This document shows, in pieces, positions 47,813-58,400 of a stretch of DNA of 64,000 bases. A model generated the notes under the pieces. The model did not search any database and was not told where the DNA came from. It saw only the letters and a program-made list of their open reading frames with translations. Origin of the DNA: Antechinus flavipes (taxonomy: Eukaryota); NCBI RefSeq assembly GCF_016432865.1, contig NC_067398.1:652736001-652800000 (forward strand). Direction: 5' to 3'. Every line of letters starts with the position of its first letter. Positions within the stretch are counted from its first letter, which is position 1. The translations under genes and the position numbers were made by a program.

Positions 47813-48362
47813 TATATGAATGTTATGGAATATTATTGTTCTGTAAGAAATGACCAGCAGGATGAATACAGAGAGGACTGGCGAGACTTATATGAACTGA
47901 TGCTAAGTGAAATGAGCAGAACCAGATCATTATACACTTCGACAAAGATATTGTATGAGGATGTATTCTGATGGAAGTAGATTTCTTTGACAAAGAGACC
48001 TAACTGAGTTTCAATTGATAAATGACGGACAAAAGCAGCTACACCCAAAGAAAGAACACTGGGAAACGAATGTGAACTATCTGCATTTTTGTTTTTCTTC
48101 CCGGGTTATTTATACCTTCTGAATCCAATTCTCCCTATGCAACAAGAGAACTGTTCGGTTCTGCAAACATGTATTGTATCTAGGATATACTGCAACATAT
48201 CCAACATATAAAGGACTGCTTGCCATCTAGGGGAGGGGGTGGAGGGAGGAAGGGGAAAAAAATCGGAACAGAAACGAGTGCAAGGGATAATGTTGTAAAA
48301 AAATTACCCTGGCATGGATTCTGTCAATATAAAGTATTAAATAAAAAATTAAAAAAAAAAAA
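47813..48362 (+). mobile_element. Young 5'-truncated L1 (ORF2 C-terminus + 3' UTR + poly-A) with 14-bp TSD
   Basis: Starts in the ORF2 tail (YMNVMEYYCSVRNDQQDEYRE); AATAAA ~48340 and an A-tail; perfect TSD AAGATTCCACCCTA at 47799-47812 and 48363-48376; CpGs retained. Confidence 0.9.
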
Positions 48363-48734
48363 AAGATTCCACCCTAGACCCTCTTCTCTCTCTGTAGTGA
48401 CCTCATACCCTCCTAACTTCAGTTATGTGCCCATGTAGCCAGCTGACTGTTTTTCTGGTCTCAGCTCCTCCCTAGACACCCAGTTTGAGAATACTTCTCC
48501 ATTAGAGTCAGATGAATCCCTCAAATTCTAATGCTACTGCAAGGAATAGTTGAAAGATTGTAGGAAATGGGAGGGTATCTCCCTTATCATTATGGGAGAG
48601 CAACTGCCTTATTTTCAAAAAACAAAGAGCCATCAGCTGAGCAGATGTCAGTGAGCTTGGTTCCAAGTTTGGGGAAATTTCTAGGAGAGATAAGAAGCTA
48701 ATTGATGGACTTCTACATTCAGCCAGCCAGCATA

Positions 48735-49860
48735 GCCTCATCATCAAGAGCAGGTCATACCAGACCAGTCTCATTTCCTTTTTTTGACCGGATTACTAAA
48801 TGGTTTGGGGAATGTTAGGGATAGTTTGTCTAGATTTTAGTAAAGTTTTTGATAAATATCTCTTTTTATTCTTATGGGAAAATGGATGTGGACTGGATGC
48901 TAGATGGACTCAGAGCTGACTAGATAACTGTACTCAAAGAATAGTTAATTGTTTAGAGTTAAGGCATCTGGAGGTCTTTGGTAAAATCTTCCAGGGATTT
49001 GGGACTGGCCCTGGGCTCTTTAGGTTTTAAGTGATGCTAAAAGCATGGAGAAATGTTTGCCAAATGTTCAGTTGACATGATGCCAGGAGGAAGGCAAACA
49101 TGGAATGACAGAATCAAGATCCAGAAATATCTTGACACAGGTAAGATTGGGTTAAATCTAATAAGATGAAATTTAGTGGGGATAATGGTAAAAGTCCAGC
49201 ACTTGAAAACAAAATATTGACGTCACCACTATGAGATGAAGATCCATGGTGAGGTAGCAGTTTGAGAAAAATCTAGGGATGTTTGTAGCTTGTAGGTTCA
49301 ATGAGTCAGCAGTGTGATGTGGCAGCATCTTGGGCTGCATTAGGAAACATACGGCTTCCAAGAGATGATAGTCCCATAGTACTGGTCAGACCCCCTCTAC
49401 CAATAATTACTAACACTTTTATAGTGCCTACCATGTACCAGACATTATGCTAAGCACTTTAAAATATTTGATACAAAAACCCTGGGAAGTAGGTACTATT
49501 GTTATCCCCATTTTACAGATGAGGAAACAGATTGACTTGCTCAGGTTGACAGATAGGAAACGTCAGAGTTTGGATTTGAATTCAGGTCTTCTGTGACACT
49601 AATTGCAGTACTCAACCCCCCTGTGCCACTCAGGCACCTCATCTGAGCATTATGTTCTGTTCTGGACATCACAGTTTAATAAGGACACTGATAAGTTGAT
49701 AGGACAAAGTCCTTGAGCCCATGTATTTTGAAGATAAGTTGAAGAAGCTGGGAATGTTTAACTTAGAAAAGATTCCAAGTACATAGTAACTATTAAAGGG
49801 TTATTGTTAAGATTTATTCTATTTGGTGCTAGAAGGCTGAACATAGAGCAATAAAAGTTG
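48735..49860 (+). mobile_element. L3/CR1 LINE RT-region and 3' remnant (with an inserted MIR)
   Basis: ccagaccagtctcatttcctttttt...tctagattttagtaaagtttttgataaa (YLDFSKAFD-like)...gggaatgtttaacttagaaaaga. Confidence 0.72.
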
Positions 49861-49904
49861 CAAAGAGACTATATCAGATAAAACTTTTTTAAAAAAAATT
49901 TTGA

Positions 49905-50885
49905 AGTTTTTTTTTTTTTTCAAAACATATGCAAGGGAAAAAAAAAAAGAAAACATAGGCAAGGATAATTCTTCAACATTGATCCTTGAAAAACTTTGTG
50001 TTCTTTCTCCCTAATGCCTCCCTTAGATGGCAAGTAATCCAATATATGTTAAATATGGTTAAAAAAAATGTTAAATTCAATATAGGCATACATATTTATA
50101 CGATTATTTTGTTGCACAAGAAAAATAAGATCAAAAAGGAAAAAAATGAGAAAGAAAATAAAATTCAAGCAAACCAGAACAAAAAGTGAAAATGCTACAT
50201 TGTGATCCACCTTCATTTCCTACAGTCCTCTCTCTGGGTATAGATGGCTTTCATCATAAGATCATTGGAACTGGACTGGGTCATCTCATGGCTCAAAAGA
50301 GCCATGTCCGTCAGAATTGAACATCATATAATCTTGTTGCCGTGTACAATTCATTTCATTTGGCATCAGTTTATGTAAGTCTCTCCAAGCCTCTCTGTAT
50401 TCATCCTGCTGGCTATTTCTTACAGAACAATAATATTTCATAACATTCACATACCACAATTTATTCAGCCATTCTCCAATTGATGGGCATCCGTTCATTT
50501 TCCAGCTTCTTGCCACTACAAAAAAGGCTGCCACAAACATTCTTGCACATGTGGGTCCCTTTCCCTCCTTTATGATCTCTTTGGGATATATGCCCAATAG
50601 AAACACTGCTGGATCAAAGGGTATGCACAGTTTGATAACCCTTTGGGCATAGTTCCAAATTGTTCTCCAGAATGGTTTGACCCATTCACAGTTCCACTAA
50701 TAATGTATCAGTGTCCCAGTTTTCCCGCATCCCCTCCAACATTCGTCATTATTTTTTCCTGTCATCTTAGCCAATCTGAGAGGTGTGTAGTGGTATCTCA
50801 GAGTTGTCTTAATTTGCATTTCTGTGATCAATAGTGATTTAGAGCACCTTTTCATATGACTAGAAATGGTTTCAATTTCTTCTGA
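49905..50885 (-). mobile_element. L1 3' fragment (ORF2 C-terminus and 3' UTR)
   Basis: ORF 50286-50606 LLGIYPKEIIKEGKGPTCARMFVAAFFVVARSWKMNGCPSIGEWLNKLWY is the L1 ORF2 end; T-rich tail at ~49905-49920. Confidence 0.88.
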
Positions 50886-52212
50886 AAATCAGACAAAATA
50901 AGAACCATCCCAAAGTGGAGTGAGCTGTTTTTTAGAGTAGCTTGTCCCCACTCCTTGTTGTCCCCACTCCTTGGAAGTCTTTAAGCACAGACTTTTAAGT
51001 TCTAGGAGGGATTCCTTTCTGGCATTGGACGAGTTGGTCAATGATGCCCTTCCAACTCTCAAATCCTGTGATTCTAAATAGCACCCTCCCAGATGTGTCC
51101 TTCCAACTTCTGTCCTAATACTGATGGCTTCATCATTTCCCCCATCTCCCTGGTTCCTAACCTTGGAACTAACTCTGAATCTTCTTATGGTACACTGAAC
51201 ACATCTAGTGGGTTGCCAAGTCTTGACATTGTTGCTTCTATAATTATCTCAGGTATCCAGTCCTTTCTACCACGTCTGCCTCCCCCAGCCCTACAGGCCT
51301 CTGTCTCTCCTTACCTAACCTAGTATTATAGCTCATTAAACTCATCTCCCTGCTGCATTTCTTTCTCCAGTTCATCCTTCACTCATGCTCATTAATCATT
51401 CCAATGTACCTCATGATTATGAGATGTCTAGTCAAAGATTTCAATTTCCAATCCTGGCAGTTAAGGCCTTCCACAATCTGGTTTCAACCTAAACATCTAG
51501 CTCACATACTCTTGTAGTTAAACTGGATTCTTTTTGGGTCCAGTTTCTGTCCACATGACTTTGCTCATGACATTCCTCATACTTGAAAGATTCCTCCTTA
51601 CCTGTTTCTGTTAAGTATCTCTCCTTTCCTTTTGAGAACCAGGTCCCTGATACCCCCATTGCTCCTTCCTCCAATTTGTCATTGTGCTTTACCTCACCTC
51701 TACCCCACTACATACTACCCTGGACTGTGTTAATTTGGACCTCAATTAGAGACTAAGCTAATGAAGGAAATGGATATCATTTTCACCCTTAAATGCCGAG
51801 TCCCTTCAGTGCCTTGCCCAATAGTAAAAGTTCAGTAAATGCGTGATGAATCACATTGCATTGAAAGTTAACATTTTAATGATCAGGACTTTGTGGTTCT
51901 CTGGGGTTGGATGGCTGTACCAATTACCCTTTTATATCATTGAATCAGAAATTGCTTTCTGAAGGACAAGGACTTAGGCTTAGCAAGTTTGACCCAGTTT
52001 GGGCTCTCAGGAGCCCAAAAGGAGACAGGGACTGACCTGGGAAAGGAGGGTTCACTGGAGGAAGAGAAGAGCCCAAACTAAGGTGTTTACTGGTGCACAG
52101 GAGTAAAAACTCAGTTCCACTGCTGCTGATCATCCCTTACCATAAGTCCCTCTTCCCTCTAGATCATAAGAGCCTTTTCTACCCTCACTTAGCTAGAGGT
52201 CAGAGGTTTAGG

Positions 52213-52220
52213 GGGATTAA
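52213..52220 (+). promoter_or_regulatory. CRX/OTX2 (K50 homeodomain) site in the NXNL1 proximal promoter
   Basis: GGGATTAA (reverse TTAATCCC) ~175 nt upstream of the ATG; variant GGCTTA at 51977-51982. Fits photoreceptor expression, but short motifs also occur by chance. Confidence 0.5.
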
Positions 52221-52390
52221 CCTTGCAGAGGACTTGCCCTCCCAAAGCCATTCTATTCATAGAGGGGCCCCTACCAAGCTCCTGAAAAACTACCTCAGAT
52301 CCTACTCCTTGCTTTTACCCACAAGCTGCTTTGGCAAAAATTCAGTCGGGCCTGACTCAGAGCTGCCGGGGAGAGCCCAAAAGGACAGGA

Positions 52391-52720
52391 ATGTCTTCTC
52401 TGTTCACGGGAAAAGTCCTGATAAGGAACAACAGTGATTGGGACGAGGTGGACACAGAGCAGGAGCTGAGCATCAAGCTGGACAACAAGGTGCTGTTGCT
52501 GTATTTTGGGGCTGGGGAGTGTCCTGAGTGCCAGGCCTTTGCCCCCATCCTCAAGGACTTCTTTGTGAAGCTCACGGATGAGTTCTACGTGAATAGGGCC
52601 TCACAGATTGCACTGGTGTACATCTCCCAGGACCAGACCCAAGAGCAACAGGAGTCATTCCTCAGAGATATGCCCAGGAAGTGGTTGTTTCTGCCATTCC
52701 AGGATGAGCTGAAAAGGTAA
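52391..52720 (+). CDS. NXNL1: Rod-derived cone viability factor (RdCVF) short isoform, 109 aa, by intron retention
   Basis: Reading exon 1 into the intron gives AAA AGG TAA, a stop after R109. This is the architecture known for rodent/human RdCVF. Expression of this isoform cannot be shown from DNA. Confidence 0.8.
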   Translation: MSSLFTGKVLIRNNSDWDEVDTEQELSIKLDNKVLLLYFGAGECPECQAFAPILKDFFVKLTDEFYVNRASQIALVYISQDQTQEQQESFLRDMPRKWLFLPFQDELKR

Positions 52721-53640
52721 GCCTAGTAGCTAGGGGCCCTTGTCAGGGAGGGAAAGCCAGGCAAGGACGCCATGCTGGGGCAGGGGCCAGAGTGGGCCCT
52801 TCACACGTCCCCTCCCCCCAGTGCTGCCCTGCCCTTTGTCCCTTCATAGCCCCCAATAGAAGGCTCAGGGAGACAGAAGTTTCCTGAAGTGAGGCTGCCA
52901 GAATCAGACCTTTTATCAAAGTACGCTGAAGAATAAGGCATGGGGAACAGAAAAGAGACCAATATTTAACAATTTATACTGTAGGACCAAGGGATTAGAA
53001 CCTAGGGTCCTGGCCCTAGAGCAGAGAGCTTCATATTTATGGCCCAGTAATATAGGGCCAATCTAGCCTCTTCCCCTGCCCTGCGCTGCCCTACCTAGCA
53101 TCTCCTAAGAGGCATGGAGGCCATGCTCCCTTCCCACCCTCTTTATAAGGGCACAACTAGGAACCCAGAGGTCCTGCCCTCCCCTTCTACCACCAGCAGC
53201 TCTCTTGTTTGAGAGGTGAAAGAAAAGGAGGCCTTCCTCTCACCACAGGGCCCTGTTATAAGGAGGAAAGGAGCTTTTGTTGTATCTGTCCTATCCTGTC
53301 TCACTCCTGACACGAGGCCTCCCCCCGACTTGTTTGCAGGGACCTTGAGCGGATGTTTGCTGTGGACCACGTCCCCATGGTAGTAGTGCTGAAGCCTAGT
53401 GGTGAGGTGGTCACCAGGGATGCTGTGGAGGAAATCGGCCGGCTTGGGCCCGCCTGTTTCTGGAACTGGCAGGAGGCCTCCGAGGTCATAGACCGAAACT
53501 TCCTATTAGCTGAAGACTTTGACGACTTGCCATCCAGGAGCTTCACTGATCCCATCCGACGACTCAAGTACAAGATTGAGAAGGAGCCTTCTAAAGATGA
53601 TTCAAAAGAGGAGGAAGACGGGGATAAAGCCTTTTTCTGA
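52391..53640 (+). CDS. NXNL1: Nucleoredoxin-like 1, spliced thioredoxin isoform RdCVFL, 208 aa
   Basis: Exon 1 52391-52716 (MSSLFTGKVLIRNNSD...GAGECPEC, C44-x-x-C47; LTDEFY), GT-AG intron 52717-53339, exon 2 53340-53640 (DLERMFAVDHVPMVVVLKPSGEVVTRD...KAFF-TGA); 627 nt in frame. Confidence 0.96.
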
Positions 53641-53662
53641 GCCCACTGAGTGGGCTCAGAAA
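53634..53662. repeat. Perfect 29-bp palindrome overlapping the NXNL1 stop codon
   Basis: TTTCTGAGCCCACT-G-AGTGGGCTCAGAAA; 14-bp arms, 1-nt spacer; TGA stop at 53638-53640 lies in the left arm. Confidence 0.95.
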
Positions 53663-54150
53663 TGGGCCCTGGCCAGAAGGTGCCAACCCTAGAGGAAATT
53701 GCCTACTGACTGCTAGATGTTTGGGCTCCTATAGAAACTTGCAGGAGGAGAGGCACGAAAGACACTGAAGGGAGGAGCAAACAGCGGATCCATCTTGTGA
53801 ATGAACCTTGAAATCTCAGGGGACAGTCTTCCCTTCCTGCTTGTCTCTGTCCTACCTGCTCTCCTCAGGATTGGGCCCCAAAGGGACATGACTGTTCCTA
53901 GGGAGATACCTGGAGCTTCAGAGGCCACAGGCTGACACTCCAACTTCTATGTATAAGTCGGACTCATTTATATTTATAGAGAAGGAAAAATACTGGAAAC
54001 AGTTCTTAGAGATGGCTAAAACAAAGGTTAACAGTTCTGCAAAGAGCACAAAGACCATAGTCACATCATAATAGGCCCAAAAAAGAATGGATACAACCTG
54101 AGGGATATGCGAGCAAGAACATCAGATAAATCTTCTAATTGTTTAAGACA

Positions 54151-54156
54151 AATAAA
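54151..54156 (+). terminator. Candidate NXNL1 polyadenylation signal (AATAAA)
   Basis: AATAAA ~510 nt after the TGA. Confidence 0.4.
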
Positions 54157-54594
54157 TGAATGATACGTGCACTCTATTCTTCATATCAGGACCCATACAA
54201 CCACAAAGCTTTTGACCTGGGGACTCTGCCATTCCATCCGTAATTCAGTGGTTTTACAAATGCTATCAAGTAATAATGCTAAAAAAGTGTAAACTGGTTT
54301 CTTTCCCTAAGACTAGTACAGTATAGAAAATTGGCTTAAAGATGGGTTCTATAGCCTTCATATGAACATGAAATGTCCCTAAAGACAAACAGTTAGTTCA
54401 TGGCAGAAGATGAGAATGAAAAAGCAACACAAAATCTGCAACACCAGCCTTTAACAACTCTGTACATGGCACCATCTGCAAGAGCTGTCCAGCCCACTCT
54501 ACAGTCTACGCACTTTAGCAGTCACTTAACTGTGCCATTTCAAGAGGAGCTAAGTCACTAGGAGAGTGAAGAACATGAGATTGTAGGGAACCAA

Positions 54595-54945
54595 ATTTTG
54601 GAATTGCAAGGGACCTTAATGGTAATTTAATTCAACCCATACCTGAATCAGAATCTCCTGGACAAAGTACCTGCTAAAAAATTTTCTAGCCTTTGAGGAC
54701 CTTCTCCAAAGGGGAGTCCATCCCACTTGGGGAAGAGTTCTGAATTTCAGACAGTCTTTCTTGACATCAAGCCTAAAGTTGATCAGCCACTTTCTAATTT
54801 CTACCCTTTGCTGCTCATATAGTCTCTGGGGACAAACACACCAGATGTCTATGAATAGCCCTTCATATACCTGAAATGGTTTCGTCTCGTTGCATTGAAT
54901 TTTGTGAGTAGGGGCCAGAAGGAAATGCTCCACTCTTTCTCTCTT
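54595..54945 (-). mobile_element. L3/CR1 3' fragment between NXNL1 and MVB12A
   Basis: gggaccttaatggtaatttaattcaaccc...ttcttgacatcaagcctaaa...ctctggggacaaacacaccag. Confidence 0.68.
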
Positions 54946-55007
54946 GAGGGGTATGAAGGGCATAGCAGACTATCAAAGACAGGAAACAATGGCATCAAGA
55001 AGCTGTT

Positions 55008-55013
55008 TTTATT
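55008..55013 (-). terminator. Candidate MVB12A polyadenylation signal (AATAAA)
   Basis: Plus TTTATT ~420 nt after the stop codon. Confidence 0.55.
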
Positions 55014-55434
55014 ACTAAGAGCAAATTGAGCCAGTCCTGCAGGCTTATCACCAGAAAAAGTCCAAGGCACACATTTTGCTCCCTGCCTCCCAGAGCCTCT
55101 TCAGTTTAAGGCCCTTGGGGGCAGGGAACCCTCTGAGATCCCTGTGCCAGAGCATAACCTCTGACACTTGGCAGAAGAGCTTTAGGACCCCTCCTTTCCC
55201 ACACCTTCACCAGGCACCTTCAGTGGCAAACTCTCAGGCTCCTGTTAGGGGGCTGAGCTGCCTGTCCCAGATGCTGGGACAGGCTGTAGACTTCAGACAT
55301 CAGAAGGGACCGTGGAATGTAGTGTCACCCAAGAGGCAGAGAAGGCAAGAGGAAGAAGAAAGGCACTGGGTCATCAGCAATGCACCGCTGTGCCATCCCA
55401 GAATGTTGAAGGCTGATCCCTCTTCCAGCGGGAG

Positions 55435-58400
55435 CTAACAGACACTGGGAGGCAGGCGAGCTGCTGCCGTCCTCTCCACCACAAAGCCATAATTGTACTG
55501 GAATGACATACAAAATGAGAGATGAGGGGCAGCTTCAGGGCCACAGACACGGGAGCTCTAACCTCAGCCCCCGCCTCCCACAGTCTCCCGGAACCTTGAA
55601 GACCTGGCTGTGGGACCGAGGAGCAAAGGGCTTACCTCCTCCTCGATGTCCGCTAGAGATTTAATGGTCAGGTCTGCAAAAGAAGAGAAGCCCTGGGGGA
55701 AGGGCCAGAGAAGAGTCAAAACCAAGGCAGGTCGAGTTCTGTCTCTGAAAATCTCAGAGAACACAAGAAAACCCAGAACTCTTTGGGAGTCACAAATGCT
55801 GGAGCACAGATCTAGAAGACTGGCTGTTCTCTGTCTCCAGTGAGCCTGCCATAGGACTCTTTTTCCCCTGTCCTCAGGCTATCCTGCAGAGCCCCCAGCC
55901 AGCCCAGGGACCCCAGATTTTTTTCATACCTTTCAGAGTTTCCCTGACATCCTCCACACCCACCCATCTCAACTTTCTTTACCCTTCGCCCACTTCCACT
56001 GGCCAAGGATCTATGAGGTGACACTGATGTGAGCAGGGGAAAGGGGCTGGGGTCACGTGGCATGGGGGTGGGTCATGAATGCAATGGTGAAGGGCCTGGT
56101 GAGATCTCATGATACAAGGAGAGTTGGGGGTCCGGCAATAGTATTAGTGCTTGCTTCATGGGATGGAGGAGTTTAATGCAAAACTAGGGCAAGTCTCAGC
56201 ATGAGTGCCCATCACAATATATTGTAAGCAAAGTCCTTTTAAAATCCTTAAGTGTTACATGCTTGTGGGAGTATCACCAAACTTATTAATGAATAGTTAA
56301 CCCAACCATGTGGTTTGCTTCACTCCTGGGGGCCCACTCACCGTTGGACCATTGTCTCTGCCTTCAAACTTGGGGTGCAGGGTGAAGGGAACCCCATCCA
56401 TAGCTGAGAAGAAAGACTGCCAATGAGCTAAAGGATAATGGCAAGAAAACCAGAGCTGCCCTCCCGCTCCCTGAGGATGCTAAAACTGGAAAGGACCCAA
56501 GGTATTCTTTGGTCTAAACCCCTTGTTTTACAGAAGGGGAAAGTGAGGAACCAGGAGGAGTTGGGGGGGGGGGGGGAGGAGGAATGCTACAAAGTGGGCA
56601 AGCAGCAGAGCCAAGACTAGAACTCGGGTTTTTCCCAGTTTAAGGCTTTTTTCATCCAAAAGGTACTGCCAGGTGCCTTTTCAACTCTGCTACTATCCAG
56701 ACCCTGCCTTCCCATGGTCCCATCTCTGCACCTTTAAAGTTGAGTAGGAAGGCAAAGTCTTATTTACCTGAGATGCCATATAGACTAGAAGCCTCGTAGA
56801 TGGAATCACTCCTCCTGATGGTCCCTTGTCTTGAGCTCAATGTGGAGTGCTTCCCTGGGCTGTCACTGTGGGGTGCCACAACCCATGCCCATGTAGAGAG
56901 CAGGGATGGTCACCCCTCAACCTCCAGTAAAATGCTGTTTCTTGATCCCTCCTCCCCTCCAGTCCAGGTCTTGGTTGCATCCCCATTTCCTGCCATCCTC
57001 ACCTGGACTTATCCAGGGACAGGCCTCTCATCTCCAAGCTGATGCTCCGAGGCTTAGGAAGGGGTTTGGGCTTGGAGACTTTACCTTTCTTACACCAAAC
57101 TGCAAAGCCGCCTATTTCCCTAGAGAGCAAGACATGTTTTAGAAGAAACTCATCATTGATGATCACGCCTTAGGGACCCAGAAGTAAGGGTTCACTGCCT
57201 CCTGTTTGTGGGCAAGGGGGGGATGTGAGAGCACCTACAGAGACGATTAAAGGATCGGATATGAAAAGGGCTAGTGGGGTGGGAGGGTTGTGCATATGGG
57301 ATCATGTTAGACAGGGGAAGCAGGGGTGGAAGGGGGCTTGGGGGCAGCTCTACCCAACACGTATGTATCCCGGCACCACTTTGCTCTTGCCACTCAGCCG
57401 GACATCAAACACAGCCATATCAGCCACTCCGAGGGGGACCAGCTTCATGCAGACCCGTTTCTTTTTTGATACTGATGCCTCTGGGCAGGAGGGGAAGGAG
57501 AACAGAGGTCCATATCGAACTCCACTGGGGCAACTGACTCCCTGACTCGTCGTGGCACCTACCCTCCCAAGGTGATGAGGGCTCAGGGGTCACGGTGTGG
57601 CTGTCGCCCCAAGTGTGCCTGACGCACACACCCAAAACCTAACGGAGAGAAGGCCCTTACTGGCATCTAGGAACTCGCTGATGTAGGTGAAGCCCACGGG
57701 AAGAGGCGTTTTCTCATTTAGGATCTGGATATCTGTGACCACATTTTCTTGGAGAGTCTGTGAAGGGAAAAGAGGAGCAGGGAAAAAACTAGGAATCAGC
57801 CAGCCCAGAGAAGGGAGAACCCACAATTGGTCTGTGGAAGGAACTTCTGGAAGGGGCAGCAGAGGGTCCTGTAAAGCTGTAATTCAAAATCACTGGCAGG
57901 GCAAATTTAGGCGGAGAAAAGGCAGAGGACAAAGGGCCGCCTGAGCAAAGGCCGGTCACCCGGGAAAGGGGCAGTCCAGCAACGGGACCCTGGCAGCTTG
58001 GGTCTAGGAAAGGCCGTGTGGGGGATGCCACAGGGAGAAGGAGCCATGCCTTTGTCAGTGAATTTCAGCCAGGCTAGGTGGAGCCACGCGAGTTAGGTCA
58101 CCTAGACATGGGCTCTGGGGCCGGCTCTCATACCCACTGGTTAGTAATCTTAGACAAATCGCCTCTCTAATTTCTCCATCTGCAAAAGGAGGGTAATAGC
58201 TATGTTTCCCACCCATGATTGCTGGGGAAAGCAGACAGTAAACTTCAAAGGTCCGGGGAGCAGGGGCCGGTATTATCATTCCTTACCTCACTGCTGTTGC
58301 CACTGCCAGCCCCGGTCTCCCCAGGACTGAGGCACAGGAAGTAGCCAGACTTTTGTGCAAATCCCTTCCCGAAGTTGGCAGGTGTCCCCTCCACTGTGCT

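Noticed and set aside
50286-50606. 106-aa ORF as a host gene
   Set aside because: It is the C-terminus of L1 ORF2.
53638-53830. Selenocysteine recoding of the NXNL1 UGA (thioredoxin fold, UGA in a hairpin, second UGA nearby)
   Set aside because: The only SECIS-like string (GTGAATGAACCTTGAAATCTCAGGGGA, ~53797-53823) has too short a 3' strand to form helix II; the catalytic CxxC is already Cys-encoded; NXNL1 is not a known selenoprotein.
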